Source of the DNA: the human T2T-CHM13v2.0 reference genome, Homo sapiens | Assembly (NCBI RefSeq): GCF_009914755.1 | Contig: NC_060925.1 | DNA: 64,000 nt | Reading direction: 5' to 3' (one strand) | In this document: in pieces, positions 51,560 through 64,000 of the stretch | How positions within the stretch are numbered: position 1 is the first letter of the stretch | Layout of the letters: every line of letters starts with the position of its first letter | Program-made: the position numbers and the translations under genes | The notes under the pieces: generated by a model | Told to the model about the DNA's origin: nothing | Seen by the model: only the letters and a program-made list of their open reading frames with translations | Databases searched by the model: none

Positions 51560-53390
51560 ATACTATCTTGCCCTAGGCCATTCAGTCTTCCATTCTCTGG
51601 ATGATTCTTTTACACTCTTATCTCTCTGAAAACACCCAATGCCTCTTCTCTCAGCCTTATCCTCAGTTGATAAATTTATGTATTGTTTAAGAAAATAGAA
51701 ACAATCAGCAGAGAGCTTCCAGTTGTTCCCAGCACATCTATTAATAGCAACTCACATCTCTATCTTGTATGCCTTCTTTCTTTCCTCCCGTTACCATACA
51801 AGAATGTTCCTCCTCTTCTTAAGGCTTATACCCCCAATTGAGTCCTACATCTCATCTTCTCCAGTCTACCCAATCATTTAGCTCCAGAAATTTCCACCCT
51901 TTATGTCATACTTCATGTTTCTTATTCTCTAAAGTATTCAATCGTTTGTATTAGCATATAAACATATTATAGTATCTCCCATCTTAAAAAATAAAGAGGC
52001 TTCCTTGAACCACTACATTCTTCCTCCTGGCTACCACCTAATTACCATTCTTTATAGCAAAACTCTTTTAAAAACTTCTCTATAGTCTCCAGCCTTTGTT
52101 TTTCTCCAACTATTTTTTAAACCCACTCCAAGAAAGCTTACACCCCAACTGCTGCACTATAACTCGTGCCATGATCACCAGTAACCAACACAGTACCAAA
52201 TCAATGTCCAATCCTCAGTCTTCATTTTACTTCACATATCCACACATTCAACTCCCTTAATCATGCCCTTATTCCTTAACCATTTTCTTTATTTCCAAGA
52301 TACTACTCTCTCTAGGTTCTCTTTCTATTCACTGCCTTTCCTTCTTAGGCTAGTTCCTGTTTACCTCCCTCACCTTTTAAATGGAGTGACACTCATCACT
52401 CAGACATCTTCTCTATGTTCAATTCTTAAGCAAACTTATACATGTCATCTATATGCAAACCATTCTCAGATTTGCATCTCCAGCCTGGACCTCTCACCTC
52501 ACCCCAGATTCATATATCCAACTGCCTACTCAGCATTTCTACTTGCTTATCTCATACATGTCTCAGACTCAATGTGTCCTCGACCAAAACCACTTCATTC
52601 CACCCCAAAAACCTGCTTCTTCCACAGTCTCAATAAGTTAACTGGACATCTTTCCAGTTATTCAAGACAAAAATTTTGAATCGTCTTTGGCTCTGCTCTT
52701 TATCTCATTCCCTGCATCCAATTCATCAGTAAATTCTGTAAGCTCTACCTTTAAAATTACTTCTAACTCATTCCACCATTATCTCTTCTCTGGATTAAAG
52801 CAGTTTCTGATATTTTCCCCACACACCCTTGTTTATTTTTCCCATAAGAGTTACTATTAAATCATGACAAGTCATTGCTCAAAACCCGCTTTAGAAGCTT
52901 CCCATCCTTCTCAGATAAAAGTTAAAGTCCTTGCAATGACCATAGGACTCTACATGGCTTAGCCTCATGGTCTCTGCGACCCCATCTCCAATTTCATGGT
53001 TCTATTCCTTTTGTGCTGGCCAAGCTACCTTAGACACAACAAACACGTGCCTGCTTCATGCCTTCTGTATATGCTTTTCCTCTATCTCAAAAGCTATTTC
53101 AAGAAAGAAATTTTTTTTCTGGTTTCTGTTCAAAAGACATCTTATCAGAGAGGCCCTTCCTAACTATCCTGCATAAAATAACACACTCCCCATGACTCTT
53201 GTCTCCCTTCACTCCATGTATCTCCCTTACCCTGTTTTGTGTTCATCATACTGACCATCTCACATATATTAATTGCTTTGTAGGTACGTTATTAGCTTTT
53301 CCTCCATTAGAATAAGTTCCACAGAGACAAATACTTTAGTTGATTCACTCTTGTGTTCTAGCTTGGCATCTAGCCAATACTTTTAGAAAA
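51560..53390 (+). mobile_element. Long L2 (L2a-like) fragment, ~1.8 kb
   Basis: catctccagcctggacctctcacc…atatccaactgcctactcagcatttc…agagaggcccttcctaact…ttagaataagttccacagagac. This explains ORF 52263..52679. Confidence 0.85.
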
Positions 53391-53993
53391 TATGAAAGCC
53401 CACAAGCAAGACTCCTGATTTCAAACAGAATGTTCAGTATGAAAGCTGATAACAGTCAAAACTGACCTTTTATCATGCATTTTGTTATGCCCAAGATTGA
53501 AACTAAGGGAGATAATGAAAATTGGGTCAGACAGTAATGCAGGCAAACCTAACCTCTAAAAGGCATAACCGAAAATGTCCAGTCATGTAAATCAGATGCT
53601 TGGCACACACTTTAAGGCTCAGTCTAAAACCAGTTACTAAGATGAATGAGGAAAAACAGACACACAAACAAAAACAACAAGCAAACAAAAATATCTCTCT
53701 CCTTCCCTTCAGAAACAGTTCTTAAAGTGAGAAGACAGGAGAGATAGAAAGTGAAATAATTTAAAATGCACTAGCTTTTATCTTCGTTATATAACACCTC
53801 TGTAAGTCTGATTTATATCTTATAATTTCAAATTCAGCACGCCATGTTACAATAAACAACCCTGAACCTAGATATTGTAGGCCCATCTATACTGAATTTC
53901 CTTAATAATTGTGAAGAGAAATGCATTAGTAAAGGCATTCAAAGAAAAATGTAGCAAAACTTGCCCTCTACCAAAGGACATTTGTTTCCATAC

Positions 53994-54180
53994 TTGTAGC
54001 AAGGAGATGATCTCTCAACACACACAAACCCAAAGTAGCCTCGTTTGCCTCCAAGCCTGGAACCTTTCCGATGCTTGTATTCACAACAGGAGCTTAACCT
54101 GTTCACCTGCATCCCATTCAGGAAAAAGGTGAGACTGAAGGGGAAACCATGATGCCTTTTGGAAATAAACTGAAAGGTCT
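53994..54180 (-). CDS. ERICH3: ERICH3 coding exon (exon 9), 187 nt, DUF4590-type domain
   Basis: ttctattttaattccag|AG ACC…TGC TAC AA|gtatgg. Translates (E)TFQFISKRHHGFPFSLTFFLNGMQVNRLSSCCEYKHRKGSRLGGKRGYFGFVCVERSSPCY(K). Phase 1 in, phase 2 out. Confidence 0.93.
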
Positions 54181-54283
54181 CTGGAATTAAAATAGAAATA
54201 CATTAGTGAAAGCAACTGACTTCGGACTAACATCTGTTAAATCATGTTTTTCTATTAGATAAACACAATATTATGATCTAGAT

Positions 54284-54505
54284 CAGGGGTGTCCAATCTT
54301 TTGGCTTCCCTGGTCCACACTGGAAGAAGAAGAATTGTCTTGGGTCACATATAAAATACACTAACACAAACAATAACAGATGAGCTAAAAACAAAAAAAA
54401 AAGTTCTTGTATAAATCTCATAATGTTTGAAGAAAGTTTTCAAATTTGTGTAGGGCCACATTCAAAGTTGCATGCAGCCTGTGGCTCACAGATTGGACAA
54501 GCTAG
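54284..54505 (+). mobile_element. MER30 with intact palindromic 8-bp TSD
   Basis: CAGGGGTGTCCAATCTTTTGGCTTCCCTGG…TTGGACAAGCTAG; ATCTAGAT at 54276-54283 and 54506-54513. Lies ~100 nt upstream of the exon 9 acceptor. Confidence 0.92.
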
Positions 54506-55372
54506 ATCTAGATCATCTTTTAATTTGAGGACAATTTTTAGTGATAAAATTGCATTTGATTACTTTTATTTGTAATAAATACTCCAAGTTTTTATAAAAA
54601 TTCTTTGATTTGTAATAAAATAATAATACCTAAGGTTACATGAGCACTTACTGTGGCAGGCATTATGCCTTATTATCTTGTTATTTTTCAATCATGTGAA
54701 GTGGGAATTTTTCTATTACTAGATTCTAGGTCAAGAAATTAAGACTTAGAAGAGTTCAGTAATTTACTCAAGATCATACAGTGAGTTGGGGAGTTAGAGT
54801 TTGAATCCAAACATCTCTGTAGATTCCATGCCTCTATCTTGCTATGCTATCTATTGATAAAGCAGTTAATAATAAAAGGCTACTGTGAGCTCATTAATAC
54901 ATTTTAAAATGCTTTTATTTTTAGTTGTGACTTTAAATATTCTAAAACATACATGAATGAAGCAGTTATTTCATCTCCAAGCTATACTCAATTCTGTTTG
55001 GATTTGAGAACACTTTGTTTTCCCCATCCACCCAAAAGTCCCACCAATAAATTTAGAACCACTGCTTACAATTAATAGTTTTTAATCATTCCAAGTCTTT
55101 ATAATGTTATTTGCAAAGCCTGCCACCCTATCCCCACAGACGTCCTAAACCCTAAGTCTGGGAAACCTTATTCTCTGCAGAGTGACTCAAAATCCTGTGT
55201 CTCATGAATATTTCTTACGTCACTTCCTAAAAAGAAAAAAGAAAAGAAAAGAAATAGAGCCTCTCTGGACCCTTCCACATCTGCCAATAATAAAGTTAAC
55301 AATTTTCACCTCTCTACTATGTACGCATTTCCTATTGTTGCATTTACTACAATAGACTAAGATGTAGCTATA

Positions 55373-55560
55373 CCAGTGGTTTTCAAATTTTAATGGTGTA
55401 TCAGCATCACCTAGAGGGCTTGTTAAAATACAGATTGCTGGGTTTTACCTCTGTTTCTGATTCAGTACGTCTGTGGTAAGAACCAAGAATTTGCATTTCT
55501 AACAAGTTTCAGGTGATGCTGATGCTATTGGTCTAGGGACTGCCTTCTAAGAACTCTAAT
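55373..55560. mobile_element. MER5A
   Basis: cagtggttttcaaa…atcacctagagggcttgttaaaatacagattgctggg…tttgcatttctaacaagtttcaggtgatgctgatgct. Confidence 0.88.
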
Positions 55561-55761
55561 CTAGACATTAGCTGCTTTACATGTTTGTGAAATCCATAAG
55601 AGCTGAAGTTGATGCATCTTTTTTCTCCAAATCCCTGGACAATGGCATAGAAGGCTCCCCCAAAATAATGAGTGAATTATTATTTTAATCTATTTTTTCA
55701 GTTATTTAGAAACACTGTGTGTACCACATTTTTTCCCTAAAAAAAAAAAAAAAAAAAACTC

Positions 55762-56068
<307 letters not shown>

Positions 56069-56504
56069 CTAGATGCAACTCATTCTAAAGAACAGACTTA
56101 TTAAAAAGGTAATTCAGTCATTTATACCTTAGTATTTCTGATGTAAAATTAAACTAGGAAAGAGAGAGCTGAAAAAGGTTAGAGTCTGGGAAAACTAGGA
56201 TACAATATTTTTAAAAATCCTTTTGTCTTAATGATAAATGGACTCCTCAGGTGGTGAAAGCAAGTTTGATTGTTTTTGTTATAGAAGCTTGAGTCTACAT
56301 TCCTGTAATATAAACCATTCTGCTGCAGTATCATGCTCCATAACTTCCTAAGTTCCCAGTTCAGGAAGAGAGTGCACTTAAGGAAATGTTGAGAAAGGGC
56401 TCAGGAAATCAACCCCTAGAAGTGACTGCCCTTCCATCGGATGCTCATGTAGCTGGAGAGTATGCCCAGATATTACTCCATTTTGTTTTTTCATTGTTTT
56501 TCAG

Positions 56505-56665
56505 AGTTCTAGAACAAGAACTGCCACCCTTTGCCTTTACTCCTTTGTTACTTATTTTTGTATTTTAAATACAGTGACACCTCCCCATCCTGACTTGATG
56601 ATTTCTTCATGGAGCAGTGGAAAGAACGTAGTCCAGAAATTAGAAGGTTTTGGTCCATGGCACAG
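56505..56665 (+). ncRNA. Candidate internal exon of antisense lncRNA, 3' part MIR-derived
   Basis: Acceptor ttttgttttttcattgtttttcag|AG at 56504/56505 (alternative ttttaaatacag| at 56574) and perfect donor CAG|gtgagt at 56665/56666. Confidence 0.45.
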
Positions 56666-57284
56666 GTGAGTGTATCTTGGTGAGTCATTTAACTTTGTTG
56701 CCTTTCAGAATTTTCACCCATAAAACAGAGATGGGGGTGTGTAGAATGTGCTAGTCTATCCACAACACAGTCTTAAATATTTTAGAATGTAAAATATTAG
56801 AAAGCATTATATATGATTATAATTATAGTATTTGTACAGTTAATTATTTATTGTTCACTGACAGTTGGTAGCACTGTTTTAGGCACTAAAGATAAACAAA
56901 AATACTGAAAAATATCAAATGTGTTCTCCTGACTCAAAAAGATATCATTAAACAGGAGGGGCAAAATTAATATATCAGTCTTCTGGATTGCGGTCACCAA
57001 ATCCTCTCTTTCTTAAAATTTTATCTCTGGAGAAGAATTAAAGGCTTAAAACAAACTGAGAAGCATATATTCATGAAAAATTACTGAACTTTAGGTAATG
57101 GGAATCCATGCATTTTTTCCGGGGCTACTCTTATCCCCAACATCTGCTACCGCCTTATCACAGCAGTTCTAATAGGGTAGGCCAGGCCACAAATAACCAG
57201 CCGCTTTGCTGTCTGTGGGGGTTGACTTGATTTAGAGTGCAAGGAGAAAAACCTTTCGCCTGTGGTATGACCAGTAATAAGTAG

Positions 57285-57689
<405 letters not shown>

Positions 57690-57974
57690 TGACTGTAGTT
57701 CTAATAAGGGCAAGCAACAGGCCAGCGGACAACTAAAAATTTAAAAGGAACATAGAAGCAATAAACCAGTCATAGAAGCATTTGATAAGCTCCCTATATA
57801 TCCCTGGCTAACTGGAAGTGGCATGGATCAGAGAGGGCTCAACCTTTTCATACATCTCCAGCCTACCAGTAGCTTTCCCTTAGGCACAGAAGAAACACAA
57901 GAGAACCTGGTGGAAAATAAAAGTTGGAGCATACTTGAAAATTGCCCACAGTTTGAATGTACCCCTGAACCCAC

Positions 57975-58390
57975 TGTAGTCGGCTGAATTGTGTCCTCCA
58001 ATAATTCATGACCACCCAGAACCTCAGAATGTGACCTTGTTTGGACATAGGGTCTTCAAAGATATAATTAGTGAAGGATCAAGATGAGATCATCCTGGAT
58101 TTAAGTTTGGCCCTCAATCCAATGGCTGATGTCCTTATAAAAAGAGGTGAGGACACACACAGACACACAAGAATAGCATGTGAACACAGAGGCAGAAATT
58201 GAAGTGACGGAACCACAGGCCAAGGAAGGCCAGTTGACAGAGTTAAGAAGAATGCTTCTTGGGGCTTTTCAGGGAGTGTGTCCCTGCCAATACCTTCATT
58301 TTTGACTTTTGGCCTGGAAACCCACAAGAGAATAAATTCTTGATGTTTTCAGATATACTTTTGGGGACGTTAGCAATGAGCTATAAAAAC
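57975..58390 (+). mobile_element. MLT1B/C MaLR LTR
   Basis: tgtagtcggctgaattgtgtcctcc…cagaatgtgaccttgtttggacatagggtctt…gtccttataaaaagagg…gagaataaattc. Confidence 0.85.
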
Positions 58391-58399
58391 ACAGAGACT

Positions 58400-59240
58400 A
58401 CCCCAAGAGTCCAGACTAAAAAATAGCAATATAATATTTTTTAATCTGAACAAAACATGGCTGGCTCTGCACCAGGATGATGAAGGCTAAATTTCACAGA
58501 TTTAATTTTGGTAAGTTACTAAAAAAAACAACAAAAAACAAACAAAAAAAAAAAAGGAAGGAAAAACCAGAAACAACAATAACCTTTGATAGGGAAAAGT
58601 CAGAATCCAGAATTCACAGGAACTTTAAAATAGCACCTAAATATGTAGTTTTCAACAAACAATCAAAAGACATGTTAGAAAAAGGGAAAATATGACATAT
58701 ACCTAGAAATAAAAGCAATTAAAACCACACCTAGGAATCTAATCAAGAGCAACATGTATCTACCCAAAAACGTGTTTTTATGTTCATAGTCCCAAACTAG
58801 TATCAATACAAATGTCCTCTAACTGGGGAATAAATTTTTAAAAATATGGTATATCCATGTAATGGAATATACTCAGCAATATAAAGAGAGAGCCACTACT
58901 AATACTACAAATATGCATGACTCTCAAAAACATTACGCTAAGTGAGTGTAAAAAGACAAAAGACTACCCATGGTATGATTGTGTTTATAGGAAATGTCCA
59001 GAAAAGAAAATCTGTACAGTCAGAAAGCAGATCAGTGTCTTCCTGGGGCTGTCTATGAGACAAGGACCAACTGTCAAAGAGAACAAGGGAACTTCCTGAA
59101 GTGCTGGAGATGTCCTACACCTAGTTTGTGATAATGACTGCACAACTCTGTACAATTCTAAAAAGAAATTGAATTATATGCTTACAATGAATAAATTTTA
59201 TGGCATTTAATTCACACCTCAATAAAGCTATTTTTTAAAA
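58400..59240 (+). mobile_element. Old L1 (L1MB/MC-type) fragments including a 3' end
   Basis: atggtatatccatgtaatggaatatactcagcaat…ctctcaaaaacattacgctaagtga…cacctcaataaagct. Confidence 0.7.
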
Positions 59241-59280
59241 CTGAAAAAAAAGTCAATGATAAAAGAAAAATAAGAAACAG

Positions 59281-59541
59281 GGCTGAGTGTGGTGGCTAAA
59301 GCCTGTAATCCCAATGCTTTGTGAGGCCAAGGCAGGGAGATTGCTGGAGTCCAGGAGTTTGAGACCAGACTGGGCAACATAGCAAGACCCTATCTCTATA
59401 AAAAATATTTAAAAATTAGCTGGGCATGGCTGAGATAGGAAGATCACTTTACCCTAGGAGTTCAAGGCTATAGTGACTATGATTGTGGCACTGCACTCTA
59501 GTCTGGGTGAGAGAGAGACTGTCTCTTAAAAAAGAAAAAAA
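59281..59541 (+). mobile_element. AluJ with internal deletion in the right arm
   Basis: gattgctggagtccaggagtttgagaccagactgggcaacatagcaagacccta…; the gcctgtagtcccagctact segment is missing. Confidence 0.88.
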
Positions 59542-62101
59542 TTAAAAACAGTTAATATAAGTCAAAGCACAATGAACTGCTTCAGTTTTGAGTGCTGACT
59601 GAAAGCTATTGGGATAAAACAGAGTAGAAGTCAGTGAGAAAGCTGCACAGCCTTAATCTGAGTCCTAAAAGATGGGTAAGATTTGAATTTGAAAAGGAGA
59701 AAAGAGAAAGTATTATAGACAAAGGAAATAGCACAAGCAAAGGAAAAATAATAGTGCGTATGGGACAAGTGAAGCAGCTGTATTTGCCACAGCATAATGA
59801 GGAATGCACAGATAGATGCAACAGGATCCGGTTATGGAAATACAGGAAAATGGGGCAGAAAAGGAAGGGATTCTAAGAAAGCCAGAAAAAAATTGTTACT
59901 TTATTTTGCACTTAAAATGAACCCAGGAAGCCATGGTTTGTGTTGTCTGAAAAGATAAACATGGCAAATAAAAATGCCTGTGAAGAAATTGTACTCTACA
60001 AGTAGCAGGAAATACTCAGTAACTTCATAGGTGTATATAATAAACAATCAGCTTGTGGCTTGAAGTCTAAAATCAAATTGCAAGACATCATGAATTACCT
60101 GGGAATAAAGGATGCACTTGCCACCTTTCTAAATAATTAATTTTATTGTTACTTCTAATAAAAAGGCAAGACGAATTAACGAAAGCCAAATCTTAATGAG
60201 TTTACTGCTCCAAGCACAATGTTAAATGCTCCCCCTCCAACTTTTGTTAACAGAAATCTTTTAAAACCCTATTCACATTTTACTGAATCATGCACAGCTT
60301 TGATTTGTAGAAAGGGCAGATTCTTTTCAGTCCAGCTAAATTGCTAAGATTGCTGAACCACAAGTCAACTCTGAGCCACCCAACTTTTCAATTTTGAACA
60401 ATTACTTTCCTGGCAATCAAGGGCAAGCTGAGACAAAATTATTGCATCGACAGGATTCAATTATTTAAGTCCCCATTCCATGCTATTATTCAAGACTGTC
60501 CAATGCCTTAACAAAACATCCCAGCATCAATATGTATGCAAAATAACACTGACTCAAGTGACACCCTTTTTCCCATAACCTTTGGTTTTTCACTCTCATC
60601 ACAGAGTGTACATCGTCTACCAGAGAATCATTTAGCTAAGCCTCATTCTTTTTTCATTTGTATCTATCACATTTTCCAGCAAATAGATGTTTTATATGCA
60701 TTTTGTTGAATAAAGTGTGATCTAAAGTCCAGGACAGTTTTCATCACATTAATTCCGACTTTACAGCTAATTTCAGCATTCTCCTAAATCAATAGCTGAA
60801 AGTTATACTTTAAAAAAATAAGTGTATGTATCTATGCCACTATCATTAGGGGTTTCATCCCACTTATATCATGAAAATGTAGGAAACTCCATGCTACTCA
60901 GAATAGCTCACTGGGGCTGCCTGGAACTGATCAAGGGCCTTGCACCTAGCCAGGGGCTCGGGATTTGCTCTCGACTCTGGTCAGAGTGTTACCTTGGGGA
61001 GCCACTCCACCTCTGGAATCATCTCATTTTCCTCAACTACAAAACAAAAGGAATGAACTCTGGAATGCTACAGCAAAATAAACAAGGTAAATTGCATTCC
61101 TACCAAATACATAAAATGGAAATGGAAAAAAACAGTTTCTGACATCATTGAGCATCATATTGTGTTTCACTTTAAGTTGAAACTATCATTTAAGTGTTTA
61201 CCATTTTTGTGATGGAAAGTTTTACATATGTAATTCCTCAATATGAATTTATAGTCTCTCTTTAAGGACATGAATTTTATTTTAAGTAATAGTCACTGTC
61301 TTCAATTAATGAGGGAAATCAGAAAGACTAAAAGTAAAAATTCCATGTTTGTCCCCAATTCTCCCCGTAACTCCTACCAAGATTATCCAAATACATATAT
61401 TTCTTTTAATTAGTAAAAATGCTATTACTTTTTGGACCCAGTTTCTTAAGCAAGGAAGTAACAATATAACCCTGTAAACACTATTTCTTTTCACTGCTGC
61501 TCCCTTGAACTAAATATTGAAGAAAAACATTACAGTATAATTTGCAAAAACCTACATTGCATATAAACATTATCCTATGCTGACAAACGTGGATTTATGA
61601 TCAAATGAAAGCAAAAATGTACTAAAAAGCTATTTAGCCAAATTCTCCACCAAGTTATTTAGGTGTGATTCACCCTGCAGTTTATTGGATTTGTGATTTT
61701 ATCTCAACATACCTCTAAAGAACAAATTTCCAATCTGGTATTTTTCTCTTAGAATAATGTATGGCATAATTCACTATGGCAAGCCAAATAGTTAACTTGG
61801 AATTTCGGGGACAGCTTATTCGTGCGACATTTTAATGATCATATATCTCCATCCCAAAATTAATCTGTTACCAGGTTAAATCACTCCAAATCCTTTCTTC
61901 CACAATCTGCGAGAGTAATTGCTGCTTCAGTTTCAATCATAGAGCAGTAAATCTAGATTTACTTTTAGGCAGCTGGTTTATAAGTCCCTGGATATGCATA
62001 ATTTCATAAAGTGATTGAAGTCATTTTGATATTATATCAACAGCAGCTTATCTATAACATCAACTCCAAGCAATTAAAAAACATTCACATTTTATCTGTA
62101 C

Positions 62102-62282
62102 CTTTTTCAAGTAGTTTGCCTTTGTAGACACAAAGGTTTTCCCCACCACAGTGCTGCTGATAAACTTTAATTTCATCCCGGAAGTCAGGATTATCAGAAG
62201 ATAGGTGCACATTTTTCCCCAAATAGATCATTGTAATAGCTGCATTACTATGTAAGGATGTTTTATGAATCCTTCTTGAATC
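62102..62282 (-). CDS. ERICH3: ERICH3 coding exon (exon 8 by recalled numbering), 181 nt, N-terminal part of conserved DUF4590-type domain
   Basis: Minus strand ttctgtttatttcag|GAT…GAAAAAG|gtacag. Translates DSRRIHKTSLHSNAAITMIYLGKNVHLSSDNPDFRDEIKVYQQHCGGENLCVYKGKLLEK(E). Phase 0 in, phase 1 out, matching the next exon. Missed by the ORF track. Confidence 0.93.
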
Positions 62283-64000
62283 CTGAAATAAACAGAAAAA
62301 TGAGGCTTATTAACGAATTACTTTCTAATGAGAGTTCTTACCTGACATTGTAATATGAAGAATAAAGAAGGTTATTTTTAAGTACCTACCAACAAAATCT
62401 AAATAAAGTGTCAATTTACAAATGCACAAAAAGTCAAACTCATTGCAAAATAAATCCTCCTAAATAACTATAACATATATGTTTTGGCTTTCTACTTTTA
62501 ATGTAAATAATGGGGATTTGGATAGAGTTTGTCATTTTTTACTTTAAGTGCAAGTGTGTGGGGAGGTGTGTGGGAGTGTGTTTGTTATATATAGCAAAAA
62601 TTTCAATGACACCAAGAAGAAACTTTTGCCTCTGTTAGCTGGTTCTCCAATAAAAATCCAAACAAATGAACTAAATAAATATTAGTAACATCATTTTGTT
62701 TCAGTTTGAACTGACTTAGAGATTTAGCAATAGTTTTTGTAATTGGCTGCTTTATCTTTACAGCTGAGCACTGACAACACATCCTTCCCTGGGCTTATTC
62801 CATCTGAGAGGGAGATGCACATGTATGATTTCTTCTACGGTCATTCTGAAGATCGGTGTCATCAATAATTTGGGCTTGGGACTATCCAGTTTCACAGGGG
62901 CATTCAGTTGATTGAAAATCCAATATCAATATTGTTTATAGTATCAAAACAATCTACCGATCAAAGTCTCTAAAATTACTACAAAAACCTATTTGATATC
63001 CTATGGCATTGCCCAATTTAAATTATTTATAAAATATGCAGTAAATGTGTATGCCAGAAAATCAATGTCCTAGGCATTGACTCCTAATTAATTGTTTGAA
63101 ATATTTTCATAATAGTGAATGAGCACAGTGTTTGCCTGACCTCTACGAGGAAGAGGAGGAAGTAGAAGCAGAACAAAGGAAAGGAGGAAGAGGAAGAGAA
63201 ATAAGAAAGGCTGAGAGGGTTGAAAGACTTTAAGGGGGGCTAGTAAGAAAATTGTAGGCCTCTAGAATTGTACACAGGCCAGCCTTTCCTTCTCATCTAC
63301 TTCACTTTCCTAAAAATCAATTTTAAGCTAGACAAAAAATGTGCAGAGACCAACTTTAAGTGGATCCAAGGCAGTAATTTGAGCTGATTCCATCAAATTA
63401 TAGATGCATGAGAAGCATGCATTTTCTAAAGAATAACAACGCTGCAACAAACATTTTTGAAGGAACTACTAAAATATTTCCATCTCTAAACTCATCCTCT
63501 TCCACTTCAGATGATTTCTTTTCCATTTCATTCTATTCTCTGAAGCAAAAACCAGAGGAAAGAAATCTGATGGAATGAAATTCTGCTAGCAACCATCTGA
63601 AAGTATAAATGAGGGAGAAAGTCCAAGATTTAAAAATTCAAGCAAATTTTCTTGCCTGTTGGAAGGAAGAGCTCTCAAATAAAGAGATAATCAAGAGACA
63701 TATTACAGGGCATCAAGAGCCATGAAAGTAAATCAGCAAACTGGATAATTTCTTGCAGATTAGAAACATCTCCCTGAATCACAGTTGAAGCAAAGGGGAT
63801 GATGCCAGGTCTGACTCCTACTTGGAAAATCATAATCCCATGTTTCCTCTTGCCTGGGCAACTGTGGAGCTGTGACATGCCTGTGTGCAGCCCACTGCAC
63901 AATCAGCAGACCTCAGGCAAATCCAGCTCCAAGCTGCACCTAGCACCTTTAATGAAGTGACTGATTAAATAAAAGCATCCCCCTTTTGTTAAGCAATACT

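Overview
Human (primate) genomic DNA, AT-rich and repeat-dense, carrying the 3' portion of ERICH3 (C1orf173, glutamate-rich protein 3; chr1p31.1 by my recall) on the minus strand. I reconstructed seven coding exons by hand: 62102-62282, 53994-54180, 47972-48273, 41067-41303, 30999-31448, 18260-18301 and 12466-14855. They have canonical splice sites apart from one GC-AG intron and join into one open frame of 1256 codons plus stop. A separate non-coding terminal exon spans about 9490-11806. The 5' exons lie beyond the right end of the window, and the exon numbers 8-15 are from my memory of the annotation. The rest is intron or intergenic DNA with Alu, L1, L2, MIR, MaLR/ERVL LTRs and DNA-transposon fossils, including a near full-length Tigger1. 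No prokaryote-type system (CRISPR, operon) is present. The most interesting signal is that the locus appears able to express its two halves separately. An N-half would come from exon-12 read-through (…GGKYGR*) with intronic polyadenylation. A C-half would start at MNFMVDE from a putative internal, bidirectional promoter near 18.5-18.9 kb. Other signals are plus-strand candidate exons of an antisense lncRNA, a possible fossil exon, a template-switch hairpin at a permuted L1 junction, and reiterated Tigger1 ends. Repeat subfamily calls are by eye and approximate.
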